A stretch of DNA of 64,000 nt, taken from Christiangramia sp. LLG6405-1. GTDB lineage: Bacteria > Bacteroidota > Bacteroidia > Flavobacteriales > Flavobacteriaceae. The DNA lies in NCBI RefSeq assembly GCF_045055805.1, contig NZ_CP159330.1, positions 1,551,547-1,615,546 of the forward strand, given 5' to 3'. A program made the translations under genes and the position numbers. Below the pieces are notes generated by a model. That model saw only the letters and a program-made list of their open reading frames with translations. It had not been told where the DNA came from and ran no database searches. Shown piece after piece: positions 1 through 10,649 of this stretch. Each line of letters starts with the position of its first letter. The stretch's first letter is position 1.

Positions 1-465
1 GTTTACCAGCAACCAATTTCGAATGATCTCTCGTTGAACTTTATGCTGAATGCGAATCTTACCGATTATACGTTTGATAAATTCGTAGATCTGGGCGAAA
101 ATTATTCTGGAAACGAATTACCAGGTGTTCCGGAATATATGGTGACACCAACTATTGGATTCGATTATAAGGACTTTTCGGCAAATATAAATTACCAGAT
201 GTTTGGAGAAATGGCTTTGGATGATTCCAATTCTGGTTATACTGAAGCTTACGAATTGCTGAATTTCAGAATGAATTACAATACAAAATTAACCAGTTAT
301 TTGCAGGCAGGTGCGAGCTTTGGTATCAATAATATCACAGATGAGCTTTATGCTTCAAGTATCGTTACCAACGCGGTAGGTTTTGGAGGTTCTGCACCAC
401 GTTATTATTACCCGGGAATGCCAAGAAATTATTACGCGGGTCTAAATTTGAAATTAAGCCTTTAA
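1..465 (+). CDS. TonB-dependent outer-membrane receptor, C-terminal portion (partial; gene starts upstream of the window)
   Basis: Frame 1 is open from nt 1, so the ATG at 34 is internal. Aromatic-rich beta-strand repeats, and a C-terminal ...NYYAGLNLKLSL ending in Leu as in TonB-dependent receptor barrels. Confidence 0.55.
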   Translation, partial: VYQQPISNDLSLNFMLNANLTDYTFDKFVDLGENYSGNELPGVPEYMVTPTIGFDYKDFSANINYQMFGEMALDDSNSGYTEAYELLNFRMNYNTKLTSYLQAGASFGINNITDELYASSIVTNAVGFGGSAPRYYYPGMPRNYYAGLNLKLSL

Positions 466-923
466 GAAGACTGGGTTTTTACAACTTCAGGAACCATAAA
501 TTCATAACTTCCACCGTGACGCATCACATCTCTTACCACGGTGGAAGAAATATGAGCGAGGCCAGAACTGGAGATTAAAAATATAGTTTCAATACCGGCC
601 ATTTTGTAATTAGTTTGTCCAATAGCCTTCTCAAATTCAAGATCCTGGCCATTGCGCAAACCTCTTAAAATGAATTCTGAGTTTTTGGATTTGCAATAGT
701 CTACGGTAAGTCCGCTATAAGTTTCTACCAGAATTTTTGCTTCATCTTTATATGTTTCTTTTAGAAAATGCAATCTTTCTTCCAGGCTGAACATATACTT
801 TTTACTGGAATTAGTTCCTATAGCCAGAATGATCTTGTCAAAAAGTGGCAAAGCTCTATCGATAATATCTGTGTGACCTAAGGTTAGCGGGTCAAAACTA
901 CCTGGGAAAACTGCTATTTTCAT
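462..923 (-). CDS. coaD: Phosphopantetheine adenylyltransferase
   Basis: 153 aa. N-terminus MKIAVFPGSFDPLTLGHTDII carries the (T/H)xGH nucleotidyltransferase motif. Length and sequence are typical of CoaD. Confidence 0.9.
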   Translation of the reverse strand: MKIAVFPGSFDPLTLGHTDIIDRALPLFDKIILAIGTNSSKKYMFSLEERLHFLKETYKDEAKILVETYSGLTVDYCKSKNSEFILRGLRNGQDLEFEKAIGQTNYKMAGIETIFLISSSGLAHISSTVVRDVMRHGGSYEFMVPEVVKTQSS

Positions 924-940
924 AATACGCGATTTAGTTC

Positions 941-1918
941 CTATTGATTCAATGCTGCTTCCACGGCACTACCAAATAGATCTTTTAATGTGATTCCTGC
1001 TTTTTCGGCTTGTTGAGGTAAAATACTTGCCTGACTAATTCCCGGGTTGGTGTTCATTTCTATAAAATGTGGTTCACCCTCATGAAAGATAAATTCTGAT
1101 CTTGAAAAACCTTTCATCTTCAGTTTACGGTAGATCATTTTGGCAATCTCCTGTACTTTCAAAGTATCTTCTTCAGAAATTCTGGCTGGTGTGATTTCCT
1201 GGGATTTTCCGAGGTATTTAGCTTCATAATCGAAAAACTCCCCATCAGGAACAATTTCAGTAACCGGCAAAGCGACAATTTCGCCTTTGTACATGATCAC
1301 CCCAACAGAGACTTCAGTTCCATCCAGAAATGATTCAATGATCGCTTCATCATCTTCAGTAAAAGCAGTCTTAGCCGCAGAAACTATTTCTTCTTCGGTT
1401 TTAACTTTAGTTACCCCAAAACTACTTCCCGCACGATTTGCCTTCACAAAACATGGAAGACCAACGCGATCTACGATAGCTTTTGTATCGATATCCTCGC
1501 CTTTATTCAGGAAATAGTTTGTGGCAGTTTTGACTCCGTAAGGTCTTAAAACCGAAATAAGATCCCGTTTGTTGAAGGTCAATGCCGACTGGTAGTAGTC
1601 ACAACTGGTTTGCGGTACTCCAATAAGCTCTAAATATGCCTGAAGTAGTCCGTTTTCTCCCGGTGTACCATGAATCGTATTAAAAACGCAATCAAAGCTA
1701 ATAACCTTGTCATCGATGGTAACCGTAAAGTTGCTTTTATTGATAGGATAAGGGGTGTCATCTTCCGTTACTACAAACCATTCGCTTTGCAGGATATGAA
1801 CACGGTATGGCTCGTAAAGGTCACGATCAAGATGTTTATAAACGATATTACCACTGTTTATCGAAATGCGGTATTCACTGGAATAACCGCCCATAGCGAT
1901 GGCGATATTTTTCTTCAT
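941..1918 (-). CDS. ddl: D-alanine--D-alanine ligase
   Basis: Ddl N-terminal MKKNIAIAMGGYSSEYRISINSG and an ATP-grasp C-terminus (EMNTNPGI). The ORF track extends to 1960, but the likely start is the internal ATG at 1918. Confidence 0.9.
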   Translation of the reverse strand: MKKNIAIAMGGYSSEYRISINSGNIVYKHLDRDLYEPYRVHILQSEWFVVTEDDTPYPINKSNFTVTIDDKVISFDCVFNTIHGTPGENGLLQAYLELIGVPQTSCDYYQSALTFNKRDLISVLRPYGVKTATNYFLNKGEDIDTKAIVDRVGLPCFVKANRAGSSFGVTKVKTEEEIVSAAKTAFTEDDEAIIESFLDGTEVSVGVIMYKGEIVALPVTEIVPDGEFFDYEAKYLGKSQEITPARISEEDTLKVQEIAKMIYRKLKMKGFSRSEFIFHEGEPHFIEMNTNPGISQASILPQQAEKAGITLKDLFGSAVEAALNQ

Positions 1919-2019
1919 ATTCAATATTTCCGGTTTGAAGTCGTTAAACAAAAATATCACTTAATAGGGCAGTCACCAAAACCAAAGGGTTTTATATCTT
2001 TGTCCATTATCATGAAACT

Positions 2020-2643
2020 ATGGGATTTTTTCGATTTATTTTCAGCAAGACCTTTTTAATTCAATTGGTGCTTGCCGGTATTGTATTGGTTGTACTTGCT
2101 TTTCTGGCTATGCAATGGCTGGATTACTCCACTAATCAGGATCAGCGAATCGAAGTTCCCGACCTCGCCAAGATGAATCTGGATATAGTAGAGGATCGCC
2201 TGGATGAACTCAATCTTGATTTCGAAATCCTCGATTCTGCAAATTTCAATCCGGATTTCCCGAGATATTCAGTAATAGAACAGGCACCAGCACCAGGTAA
2301 ATTTGTAAAGGAAGACCGTAAGATCTACTTAACCCTGAATCCTTCCGGATATCGTAAAGTTGAAATTCCGGAGAATTTGATTAGAAAAACCCGCAGACAG
2401 GTAGAACCAACCTTGAGATCTTTAGGTTTTGAGATTGGCGATGTTAGCTACAAGCCAGACATTGCTGAAGATGCTGTGCTGGAAATTAGACATAAAGGTA
2501 AGCTGGTGGAAGCTGGTGAGAAATTAATGAAAACTTCTGTATTAGACCTCGTGTTGGGCGATGGTAGTGGAAGATATAGAGAACTTGAAGACGATAGTCT
2601 GGATGTTCAACAGGAAACTGAAAGCGAAGTAGATGAATTCTAA
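2020..2643 (+). CDS. PASTA domain-containing membrane-anchored protein
   Basis: An N-terminal TM helix is followed by two ~65-aa PASTA-like repeats (VPDLAKMNLDIV..., IPENLIRKTRRQVEPTLRSLGF...). The end overlaps the downstream pseudouridine synthase by 11 nt, which suggests an operon. Confidence 0.65.
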   Translation: MGFFRFIFSKTFLIQLVLAGIVLVVLAFLAMQWLDYSTNQDQRIEVPDLAKMNLDIVEDRLDELNLDFEILDSANFNPDFPRYSVIEQAPAPGKFVKEDRKIYLTLNPSGYRKVEIPENLIRKTRRQVEPTLRSLGFEIGDVSYKPDIAEDAVLEIRHKGKLVEAGEKLMKTSVLDLVLGDGSGRYRELEDDSLDVQQETESEVDEF

Positions 2644-3691
2644 TATAGACCAGAACGACGAAATTGAAGATAATGACCAGAATGAAAGTCTTTATGAACA
2701 TCATAAGTTCGTAGCAGATTCCGGTCAAAAACCACTAAGAGTGGATAAATTCCTGATGAATTTCATCGAGAATGCTACCCGTAATAAAATTCAGAAGTCG
2801 GCTAAGAGCGGAAACATCTATGTAAATGGTGAAACTGTAAAGCAAAATTTTAAGGTGAAGGCTGGAGACACCGTTCAAGTGATGTTCGAGCATCCTCCTT
2901 ACGAATTCTTACTAGTGCCTGAAGATATTCCGCTTGATATTGAATATGAAGATGATACGCTGCTGGTAGTTAATAAGCCTCCTGGAATGGTAGTACATCC
3001 CGGTCATGGAAACTATAGTGGGACACTTATCAACGCACTTGTACATCACTTTGATAATCTACCGAATAATAGTAGTGATCGACCAGGATTGGTTCACAGG
3101 ATCGATAAGGACACGAGCGGCCTACTGGTGATTGCGAAGACCGAAGAAGCGATGGCGCATCTATCAAAGCAATTCTTTGATAAAACCAGCGAAAGAGAAT
3201 ATGTAGCGATCGTCTGGGGGAATGTAGAAGAAGACGAAGGAACTATAGAAGGAAATATTGGTAGAAACCCAAAGAATAGATTACAGAACTTGGTTTACGA
3301 GGGAGACCTTGCAGAAGAAGGAAAACCAGCGGTGACGCATTTTAAAGTGATTGAAAGACTTGGGTATGTAACCCTGGTTTCATGTAAACTGGAAACTGGT
3401 AGAACACACCAGATACGAGTTCATATGAAATATATTGGACATACACTTTTTAATGATGAGCGCTATGGAGGAGACAGGATTCTTAAGGGCACCACATTTA
3501 CCAAGTACAAACAATTTGTAGATAATTGCTTCAAAATACTTCCAAGGCAGGCCTTGCATGCAAAAACTTTAGGTTTCACACATCCAAAAACTGGAAAATG
3601 GATGAGCTTTAATACTGAAATACCTGAGGATATTCAAAATTGCGTGGATAAATGGAGATCTTATGCAAAAAGTCAGCTTGAGAATCTTTAG
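2633..3691 (+). CDS. RluA-family 23S rRNA pseudouridine synthase (RluD-like) with N-terminal S4 domain
   Basis: Catalytic motif HRIDKDTSGLLVIAKT, S4-like N-terminal region, 352 aa. Confidence 0.85.
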   Translation: MNSNIDQNDEIEDNDQNESLYEHHKFVADSGQKPLRVDKFLMNFIENATRNKIQKSAKSGNIYVNGETVKQNFKVKAGDTVQVMFEHPPYEFLLVPEDIPLDIEYEDDTLLVVNKPPGMVVHPGHGNYSGTLINALVHHFDNLPNNSSDRPGLVHRIDKDTSGLLVIAKTEEAMAHLSKQFFDKTSEREYVAIVWGNVEEDEGTIEGNIGRNPKNRLQNLVYEGDLAEEGKPAVTHFKVIERLGYVTLVSCKLETGRTHQIRVHMKYIGHTLFNDERYGGDRILKGTTFTKYKQFVDNCFKILPRQALHAKTLGFTHPKTGKWMSFNTEIPEDIQNCVDKWRSYAKSQLENL

Positions 3692-3782
3692 GATAAAAGC
3701 TGTCTATTGATCTATCGATAACTAATTTTATTAGCCTTCAGAAATTCTAGTGATTCGGCTTATATTTGGGAAAAACAGGAAG

Positions 3783-4544
3783 ATGAAAATTGTTGTTTCC
3801 CCAGCTAAAAGTCTGGATTACGATTCAAAACTACCCAGCAATCGAGGTACACAGCCACAATTTCTGGAAACTACCGCTAAACTCAATAGAAAGTTGTCTC
3901 GCCAGACCAAGTCAGATCTTTCAGAATTGATGAGTATCAGTGATAAACTGGCTGACCTGAATTATACGAGGTACCAGGAATTCGAAGAAAATCATACCAA
4001 GAAGAATTCAAGACCGGCGATGTATGCGTTCGATGGGGATGTATATACAGGTTTGGATGCTTATACAATTCCTACAGATAAACTTGATAAACTTCAGGAT
4101 ATCTTGAGAATACTTTCCGGGATGTATGGGATCTTAAGACCATTGGATTTGATGCAGCCGTACAGGCTGGAAATGGGTACTTCCATTGGGATCGAAAGAA
4201 AGGATAATCTTTATGAAGTCTGGAAAGAAAAGATCACGCAATCGCTGAATGATGAGTTGAAAGAAGATGAGTTGTTTCTGAATCTTGCCAGTAATGAATA
4301 TTTCAAGGCAGTAGATACGAAACAATTGAAAGTTCCGGTTATTGCGCCAGTTTTCAAGGATTACAAGAACGGGAAGCTGAAGATTATCAGTTTTTATGCG
4401 AAGAAAGCCCGTGGTTCGATGGTAAGATATATTATCGATAAAGATTGTGAAACTCTGGAAGATATTCAAGGGTTCGATTACGATGATTATCGATTTAGCG
4501 AAGAGCATACGGAGAAAGAAGATCAGCCAACCTTTATAAGATAA
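3783..4544 (+). CDS. yaaA: YaaA/UPF0246 peroxide-stress protein
   Basis: [15 protein letters not shown] is a YaaA-family N-terminus. The ORF track start at 3750 is probably too long, and the internal ATG at 3783 is more likely. Confidence 0.8.
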   Translation: MKIVVSPAKSLDYDSKLPSNRGTQPQFLETTAKLNRKLSRQTKSDLSELMSISDKLADLNYTRYQEFEENHTKKNSRPAMYAFDGDVYTGLDAYTIPTDKLDKLQDILRILSGMYGILRPLDLMQPYRLEMGTSIGIERKDNLYEVWKEKITQSLNDELKEDELFLNLASNEYFKAVDTKQLKVPVIAPVFKDYKNGKLKIISFYAKKARGSMVRYIIDKDCETLEDIQGFDYDDYRFSEEHTEKEDQPTFIR

Positions 4545-4653
4545 TTTTCTGGAGCTTTTTCACCATACACATCCATTTCCGCCATTCATTCCTGAAAGCG
4601 CCACAAAACTCATCGTTGGTACGCTGCCTCCTCCACGTTTTACACGTAGAGAA

Positions 4654-5214
4654 TTGAAGCCAGATGATGTCAATTTTTGCTACGGAAGCAGGGATGGTTT
4701 GTTGTGGCCAGTGCTGGATCGTATATTCCAGCTAGATCTGAAGTATGAGAACACTTCAGAAGCGATACAGCAACGACAGGATTTTTTGAAAAGTAGAAAC
4801 ATTGGTATTTGCGATATAGTGGAAAGTAGCCGGCGGGAAAAGATCGATGCAAGTGATCTGGGAATGCAAAAAGTGGAACTCCGCGATATGCTTGAAATTC
4901 TTCGGAAGTATCCAAAAATTGATACGCTTCTTTTCACCGGTGGTAATTCTAAAAACGGACCGGAATATTTCTTCAGAAAATATCTCAAAGAACAGTCGGC
5001 AGAGATTAAGCTAAAGATCGTGTCAAATAAATCACCCAGAGTTCATCAGTTTATTCTAGATGGACGATCAATCAAGACTGTTTCGCTTATAGCACCGTCT
5101 GGCGCTGCGAATATTTCAATTGGTAGTTCTGAATTATATAAAGCAATGAAAAAGAAAAACCCTGAATTCAATACTCTTGATTTCAGGGTTCTTCAGTATA
5201 TAGAATTTTTCTAG
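4654..5214 (+). CDS. Uracil-DNA glycosylase superfamily protein (possibly DNA-deoxyinosine glycosylase-like); start uncertain
   Basis: 186-aa ORF from a TTG start. The same frame stays open upstream to 4540 and encodes ...FPPFIPESATKLIVGTLPPP, which looks like part of the protein, but no ATG, GTG or TTG is present there. Family assignment rests on weak motif resemblance only. Confidence 0.35.
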   Translation: MKPDDVNFCYGSRDGLLWPVLDRIFQLDLKYENTSEAIQQRQDFLKSRNIGICDIVESSRREKIDASDLGMQKVELRDMLEILRKYPKIDTLLFTGGNSKNGPEYFFRKYLKEQSAEIKLKIVSNKSPRVHQFILDGRSIKTVSLIAPSGAANISIGSSELYKAMKKKNPEFNTLDFRVLQYIEFF

Positions 5215-5215
5215 A

Positions 5216-5350
5216 TCACTGCAATTCTTTTTTATCCTGGTTAGCCAGTGTAGTAGGTTTGATCTTAAATTTGCGACGCTTTGGTCTTAGCTTCCCGCTG
5301 GTTCCAATCGCGATCTTACCTCTTTTAGTTTTCTTATCACCTCTACCCAT
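5216..5350 (-). CDS. 30S ribosomal protein bTHX
   Basis: Unlisted 44-aa ORF MGRGDKKTKRGKIAIGTSGKLRPKRRKFKIKPTTLANQDKKELQ. The N-terminus closely matches the Thermus/Bacteroidota THX peptide (MGKGDRRTRRGKI...). Confidence 0.55.
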   Translation of the reverse strand: MGRGDKKTKRGKIAIGTSGKLRPKRRKFKIKPTTLANQDKKELQ

Positions 5351-5494
5351 TTATTTTTTGTTTTGCTGATCTTTAATGGTCTTTTCATCTATATCCACCT
5401 TATTCGTTTCTTCGTTGCGATTTCCGGTTGGATTCGTTGGATTTTTCTGCTCTTTCGTTCTTTCTCTCTTATTATCTTCAATTGGTCCTCCCAT
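5351..5494 (-). CDS. Small hypothetical protein (47 aa, Lys/Glu/Asn-rich)
   Basis: Unlisted ORF MGGPIEDNKRERTKEQKNPTNPTGNRNEETNKVDIDEKTIKDQQNKK that abuts the bTHX gene. Low complexity, so whether it is coding is uncertain. Confidence 0.2.
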   Translation of the reverse strand: MGGPIEDNKRERTKEQKNPTNPTGNRNEETNKVDIDEKTIKDQQNKK

Positions 5495-5570
5495 AATTAA
5501 TAATTTTTTTATTTACTCTAAGATAAGAACCTGAAGTCTAATAAGCTGCCAAGAAGCTGTTACAATTAGG

Positions 5571-6335
5571 TTAAAGCTTGATAGGTTGGATAAAGTTTGA
5601 AATTTTTGAGGTTCCCTCGCTATCAAGATGTTTTATAAAAGCACTACCAATAATCGCACCTTTGGCAAATTGAGTTGCTGCTTTAAAAGTCTCCTGATCC
5701 TTAATTCCGAAACCTACAATTTGAGGATTTTTTAAATCCATTTCGTGAATTCTGCGGAAGTAATCAGTAGTTTCATTTCCGAAACCTGAAGTAGATCCAG
5801 TCACACTGGCACTACTCACCATATAAATAAATCCATTGGAAATAGAATCAATAAACCTGATTCTATCTTCTGAAGTTTGAGGAGTGATAAGAAAAATATT
5901 GATCAATCCATATTTTTCGAAAAGCTCCTGATATTCTTCGTGGTAAACATCTACTGGAAGGTCTGGGATAATAAGTCCGTCGATACCAGTTTCAGCACAT
6001 TTTTTACAGAATTCCTCTACGCCATATTGAAGCATAGGATTAAAATAACCCATCATGATCAGCGGAATCTCAACTTTGGGCCTGATATGTTTGAGTTGAT
6101 CAAAAAGCTTTTGAGTGGTCATGCCATTTCGAAGGGCTTTGGTAGAACTTTCCTGGATGGTAGGTCCATCTGCTAGTGGATCACTAAAAGGGAGTCCAAT
6201 CTCGATAAAGTCAACACCGCTTTTTTCAAGATCAAAAATGATCTGTTCAGTGTCATCAATATTTGGAAAGCCTGCACTAAAATATATGGAAAGAAGTTTT
6301 TTGTCTTCTTTTAATTTCTCCTGAATTCTATTCAT
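5571..6335 (-). CDS. trpA: Tryptophan synthase alpha chain
   Basis: 254 aa with TrpA motifs (FIEIGLPFSDPLADGPTIQ). Last gene of the trp operon. Confidence 0.9.
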   Translation of the reverse strand: MNRIQEKLKEDKKLLSIYFSAGFPNIDDTEQIIFDLEKSGVDFIEIGLPFSDPLADGPTIQESSTKALRNGMTTQKLFDQLKHIRPKVEIPLIMMGYFNPMLQYGVEEFCKKCAETGIDGLIIPDLPVDVYHEEYQELFEKYGLINIFLITPQTSEDRIRFIDSISNGFIYMVSSASVTGSTSGFGNETTDYFRRIHEMDLKNPQIVGFGIKDQETFKAATQFAKGAIIGSAFIKHLDSEGTSKISNFIQPIKL

Positions 6336-6338
6336 TTT

Positions 6339-7520
6339 CTATAAATTGAAATATTCAATATATGTGTTCAAATCCTTGTCGCCTCTTCCTGATAGGTTGA
6401 CTACAACGATATCATCTTTCTTAAATTTTCGGTTTTCAAAAACTGCCAGGGCATGGGAGGTTTCTATTGCGGGAATAATCCCTTCCAGTTTAGCAAGTTC
6501 TAATCCAGCTTTCATAGCTGCTTCGTCTGTAATGCTAATAAATTCTCCTCGTTTACTAGTAAAAAGGTTGGCATGCATTGGTCCAACTCCCGGGTAATCC
6601 AGGCCAGCTGAAATACTATATGGTTCAGTGATCTGTCCGTCGCCGGTTTGCATTAGAAGCGTTTTACTACCATGGATAATTCCGGGTTTTCCCAATGCGG
6701 AGGTTGCGGCACTTTCACCGGTATCAATACCTTTTCCAGCTGCTTCCACCGCGATGATCCCAACTTTTGGATTGTCGAGATAATGGTAATAGGCTCCTGC
6801 AGCGTTACTACCACCACCAACACAAGCGATCACATAGTCAGGATCTTCTGTATTTTCCTTTTCCATTAATTGATACTTGATCTCTTCAGAAATAACACTT
6901 TGAAACCTCGCCACCATGTCTGGATAGGGGTGTGGTCCAACTACAGAACCAATGATGTAATGCGTATCTACAGGGTTATTGATCCAGTCACGAATTGCTT
7001 CGTTAGTAGCATCCTTCAAGGTGCGGCTTCCGGATTTTGCAGGAATTACTTTGGCTCCCAGCATTTTCATTCTGGCAACGTTTGGTGATTGTCTTTCAAT
7101 ATCCACCTCGCCCATATAAACAATGCATTCCATTCCCATCAAGGCGCAAACTGTTGCCGTTGCGACACCATGTTGTCCTGCGCCGGTTTCAGCAATGATC
7201 CTCTTTTTTCCAAGTCTTTGCGCCATCAAAATCTGCCCTACTGTGTTGTTGACCTTATGCGCACCAGTATGGCAAAGGTCCTCACGTTTTAAATAAACCT
7301 TGGTTCCATAATGCTCGCTAAAGCGTTTTGCATAATATAAAGGGGTAGGTCTTCCTACATATTCTCTCAATAGATCATGGAACTCTTCCTGGAATGAATC
7401 TTCCTGCATGATCTCGATATACCTTGAACGCAGTTCCTCTACGTTAGGATACAACATTTCAGGAATATAAGCTCCCCCAAAATCCCCGTAATATCCTTTT
7501 TCATCTACCTGATAGCTCAT
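6339..7520 (-). CDS. trpB: Tryptophan synthase beta chain
   Basis: 393 aa. PLP-lysine region HTGAHKVNN and GGGSNA motifs. Confidence 0.95.
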   Translation of the reverse strand: MSYQVDEKGYYGDFGGAYIPEMLYPNVEELRSRYIEIMQEDSFQEEFHDLLREYVGRPTPLYYAKRFSEHYGTKVYLKREDLCHTGAHKVNNTVGQILMAQRLGKKRIIAETGAGQHGVATATVCALMGMECIVYMGEVDIERQSPNVARMKMLGAKVIPAKSGSRTLKDATNEAIRDWINNPVDTHYIIGSVVGPHPYPDMVARFQSVISEEIKYQLMEKENTEDPDYVIACVGGGSNAAGAYYHYLDNPKVGIIAVEAAGKGIDTGESAATSALGKPGIIHGSKTLLMQTGDGQITEPYSISAGLDYPGVGPMHANLFTSKRGEFISITDEAAMKAGLELAKLEGIIPAIETSHALAVFENRKFKKDDIVVVNLSGRGDKDLNTYIEYFNL

Positions 7521-7521
7521 C

Positions 7522-8220
7522 TTATGAATTTATCTTTTGTTTGAACTCTTTTAATTCTTTCAATTTTTTTAATCCGGGTTTCAATTCGAATTTACTATTT
7601 ACATCTACAGCATAAAGAAGATCTGGTTTGCCTGCTCTATAGAAATGATTTTTCAACTCGGCGATGGCTTCCCCATGTTCGGGCCCAATGCCACCACTAA
7701 GGAAAAATGGTGTATTAGAAGGATATTCTTTTAAAATCTGCCAGTCGAATTCCTTTCCATTGCCTCCTCGTAAAACTCCTTTAGTATCAAATAAGAAATA
7801 GTCTGCAATACCCTCGAATGCCTGTATCTTCTGAAAATCAAAATGGTCACCAACACTAAAAACCTTAATCAACTCCGGAGTGCTTCCATGTTGCTGGAAA
7901 TTATTCTTCAGCTTTTGACAGAATTCTGCCGACTCCTCCCCATGCAGCTGAATTGCATCAAGCTTATGCTGCTTTGCAATCTCCAGAATCCTTGAAATTT
8001 CTTCGTTAACGAAAACTCCTGTTTTTTTGATATTAGTAGGGAGTTCAGGAAGTTTTCCTTCAAAATAGCGGGGAGATTTTTCGTAAAATATAAAACCCAT
8101 GTAAGTAGGTTTAAGATCGGCTACCTGCAACATGTTTCCGGGTTGCTGCATCCCGCAAACTTTAAGACTCAATCCAGAACTTTGTCCTGAGGCCGGGGTT
8201 GTTAAGTTTTGTTCCTGCAT
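7522..8220 (-). CDS. trpF: Phosphoribosylanthranilate isomerase
   Basis: LKVCGM near the N-terminus is the TrpF signature. The true start may lie downstream of the listed ATG. Confidence 0.8.
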   Translation of the reverse strand: MQEQNLTTPASGQSSGLSLKVCGMQQPGNMLQVADLKPTYMGFIFYEKSPRYFEGKLPELPTNIKKTGVFVNEEISRILEIAKQHKLDAIQLHGEESAEFCQKLKNNFQQHGSTPELIKVFSVGDHFDFQKIQAFEGIADYFLFDTKGVLRGGNGKEFDWQILKEYPSNTPFFLSGGIGPEHGEAIAELKNHFYRAGKPDLLYAVDVNSKFELKPGLKKLKELKEFKQKINS

Positions 8221-8228
8221 AATGTGAC

Positions 8229-9020
8229 TTATGACTTCTTATTAATTTCGTTTATAAAATCTTTCGCTGCCTTCCCGGGATCTTCTGTTCTCATAAAATT
8301 TTCTCCAACAAGAAAACCCTGATATCCATAATCTTTAAGTTCTGCGATTACTTTTGGGTCGCTAATTCCACTTTCTGATACTTTCACGAATTCGTCTGGT
8401 ATATGCCTGGATAGATCCTTGGAGTTCTGGATGCTAACTTCAAATGTTTTGAGATTCCTGTTATTCACCCCAATCATGTCCACATTTGCTTCAATTGAAT
8501 TCTCAAGTTCCTCAATATCGTGTATTTCCAGTAAAACATCCATCCCAAGATTTCTCGCAAAAGTCGCCAGACGCTTCAATTCTTCAGTCGGTAATACCGC
8601 CGCAATAAGCAAAACTACATCCGCTCCAAAAGCTTTAGCCTCAAGAATCTGGTAGTCATCAATCATAAAATCTTTACGCAAAACCGGCATTTCTACTACA
8701 GCCCTGGCGTATAATAGATCTTCCAGGGAACCTCCAAAATATTTACCATCGGTAAGGACAGACATACCACAGACCCCGGCATCCTGATAACCACTCGCCA
8801 CATCCTGTACGTTGAGATCGTGGTTAATAACCTGCTTAGACGGTGATCTTCTTTTGTGTTCCGCGATGATACCGCTGCTTGAATTTCTTAGTTTGTCTGC
8901 CAGTGAAACCGGATTTCTTTGAAATAAGATCGAATTTTCGAGCTGTTCTACCGGGAAAATAGATTTTTTCAGGCTTACTTCCCGACGTTTATCAGCAACA
9001 ATTTTATCTAGAATATTCAT
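8229..9020 (-). CDS. trpC: Indole-3-glycerol phosphate synthase
   Basis: 263 aa. IIAEHKRRSPS and LRKDFMIDDYQI motifs are typical of TrpC. Confidence 0.9.
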   Translation of the reverse strand: MNILDKIVADKRREVSLKKSIFPVEQLENSILFQRNPVSLADKLRNSSSGIIAEHKRRSPSKQVINHDLNVQDVASGYQDAGVCGMSVLTDGKYFGGSLEDLLYARAVVEMPVLRKDFMIDDYQILEAKAFGADVVLLIAAVLPTEELKRLATFARNLGMDVLLEIHDIEELENSIEANVDMIGVNNRNLKTFEVSIQNSKDLSRHIPDEFVKVSESGISDPKVIAELKDYGYQGFLVGENFMRTEDPGKAAKDFINEINKKS

Positions 9021-9032
9021 AATCTCAGCTTA

Positions 9033-10025
9033 TTATTTACTTAGGTCCTGTAATTTCTTGAAACATTTAAATGCATTGCCAGATGCGATAGATTCCTTAG
9101 CGCGGGCGAAACCATCCTGGGCACTTAGATTTTCAACAGTTGCGATGGCCATACCTGCATTTGCACATACGACATTCTCCTGCGCCTGTGTTCCATTACC
9201 TTTCAGAATTCCGGTTAAGATTTCTGCGGAAGATTCAATCGAACCACCTCCGGCAATTTGTGATTGTTGCAATTCTGAAACTCCAAAATCCTCTGGTTTC
9301 AACATACTTTCAGAATCGTTCCGAATGCTTTTGGTCTCACAGGTTAACGAAATTTCATCGTAACCATCGAGAGCATGGAGTATTGTGTAATTCTTATCGG
9401 TATTTTGATAAAGATACGCATACATTCGAGCCAGCTCCAAACTGAAAACACCTACCAGTTGATTCTTGGGAAACGCGGGATTTACCATAGGACCAAGCAT
9501 ATTAAAGAATGTTTTTACAGCCAGACTTTTTCTTACCGGTGCAACGTTTTTCATCGCGGGGTGAAAAAGTGGAGCGTGCAAGATGCAGATATTGGCTTCT
9601 TCCAGAGTTTTCTGAAGAAATCCCTGGTCACTGCTAAACTTGATACCAAGATATTCCATGACATTGGAGCTTCCACTTACTGAAGATACACCGTAATTAC
9701 CATGCTTGGACACCTTAATTCCGGCGCCTGCTGTTACAAAGGAGGCAGTTGTCGAAATATTGAAAGTATCTTTGCCATCACCGCCGGTCCCACAAAGATC
9801 CACGGTGTTGTAATCCTTGAGATCTACCTTTACACATAGTTCAAGCAATGCATCTCTAAAACCCTCCAGTTCCTGGATGGTAATACTTCTCATCATGTAA
9901 ACCGTAAGGAATGCTGCGATCTGTGTTTCTGAATATCTCCCTTCAGAAATATTGAAAATGGCCTGTTTTGCCTCGCTGGTCGTAATAGTTTCGTGACTAA
10001 TCAGTCTGTTTAAAAGATCTTTCAT
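9033..10025 (-). CDS. trpD: Anthranilate phosphoribosyltransferase
   Basis: 330 aa. CGTGGDG glycine-rich motif. The end overlaps trpG by 4 nt. Confidence 0.9.
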   Translation of the reverse strand: MKDLLNRLISHETITTSEAKQAIFNISEGRYSETQIAAFLTVYMMRSITIQELEGFRDALLELCVKVDLKDYNTVDLCGTGGDGKDTFNISTTASFVTAGAGIKVSKHGNYGVSSVSGSSNVMEYLGIKFSSDQGFLQKTLEEANICILHAPLFHPAMKNVAPVRKSLAVKTFFNMLGPMVNPAFPKNQLVGVFSLELARMYAYLYQNTDKNYTILHALDGYDEISLTCETKSIRNDSESMLKPEDFGVSELQQSQIAGGGSIESSAEILTGILKGNGTQAQENVVCANAGMAIATVENLSAQDGFARAKESIASGNAFKCFKKLQDLSK

Positions 10026-10648
10026 GAGGTTGTTTGCTCGTTTTCCTTATTCTGAATTGATTCTGTTGAAGATTCATGTTCAACCCAGTTTTTTATCATC
10101 TTTTTACCATCTGGTGTCAATACAGATTCCGGGTGAAACTGAACTCCCCGAACATCATATTCTTTATGTCTCAAAGACATGACCTCACCTTTTATATCAT
10201 AACTGGTAGCCTGTAGCTGTGGAGGAAGTTCTTTGGCAACTACCCAACTGTGGTATCGTCCAACTTCCAGTTCTTTTTCCAGTCCTGAGTATAAATATTC
10301 ATCTTCGACGAAAACCTCAATACTGGTAGCGACGCCATGATAAACCTCTTTAAGGTTCAATAGTGTGCCTCCATAAACTTCGCCTATTGCCTGCATACCG
10401 AGACAAACCCCCAGAATACTTTTAGTAGCACCATATTTTATAATAATTTGCTTTAAAAGCCCTGCCTCATCTGGAATACCCGGACCCGGGGAAAGCAATA
10501 TTTTATCATAATCAGCCACATCCTCCAGGTCAAGCTGGTCATTTCTCTTTACGGTCACCTTACAATCCAGTTCTTCAAGATAATGAACAAGATTATATAC
10601 GAAAGAATCGTAATTGTCTATAACAAGGATCTTTTTCATCTTTTCCAT
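10022..10648 (-). CDS. trpG: Anthranilate synthase component II (glutamine amidotransferase)
   Basis: Class-I GATase motifs GVCLGMQ and VQFHPES. 208 aa. Position between trpE and trpD. Confidence 0.85.
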   Translation of the reverse strand: MEKMKKILVIDNYDSFVYNLVHYLEELDCKVTVKRNDQLDLEDVADYDKILLSPGPGIPDEAGLLKQIIIKYGATKSILGVCLGMQAIGEVYGGTLLNLKEVYHGVATSIEVFVEDEYLYSGLEKELEVGRYHSWVVAKELPPQLQATSYDIKGEVMSLRHKEYDVRGVQFHPESVLTPDGKKMIKNWVEHESSTESIQNKENEQTTS

Positions 10649-10649
10649 T

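Noticed and set aside
1287-2059. 76- and 129-aa + strand ORFs opposite ddl
   Set aside because: Antisense to a well-supported gene, with no homology.
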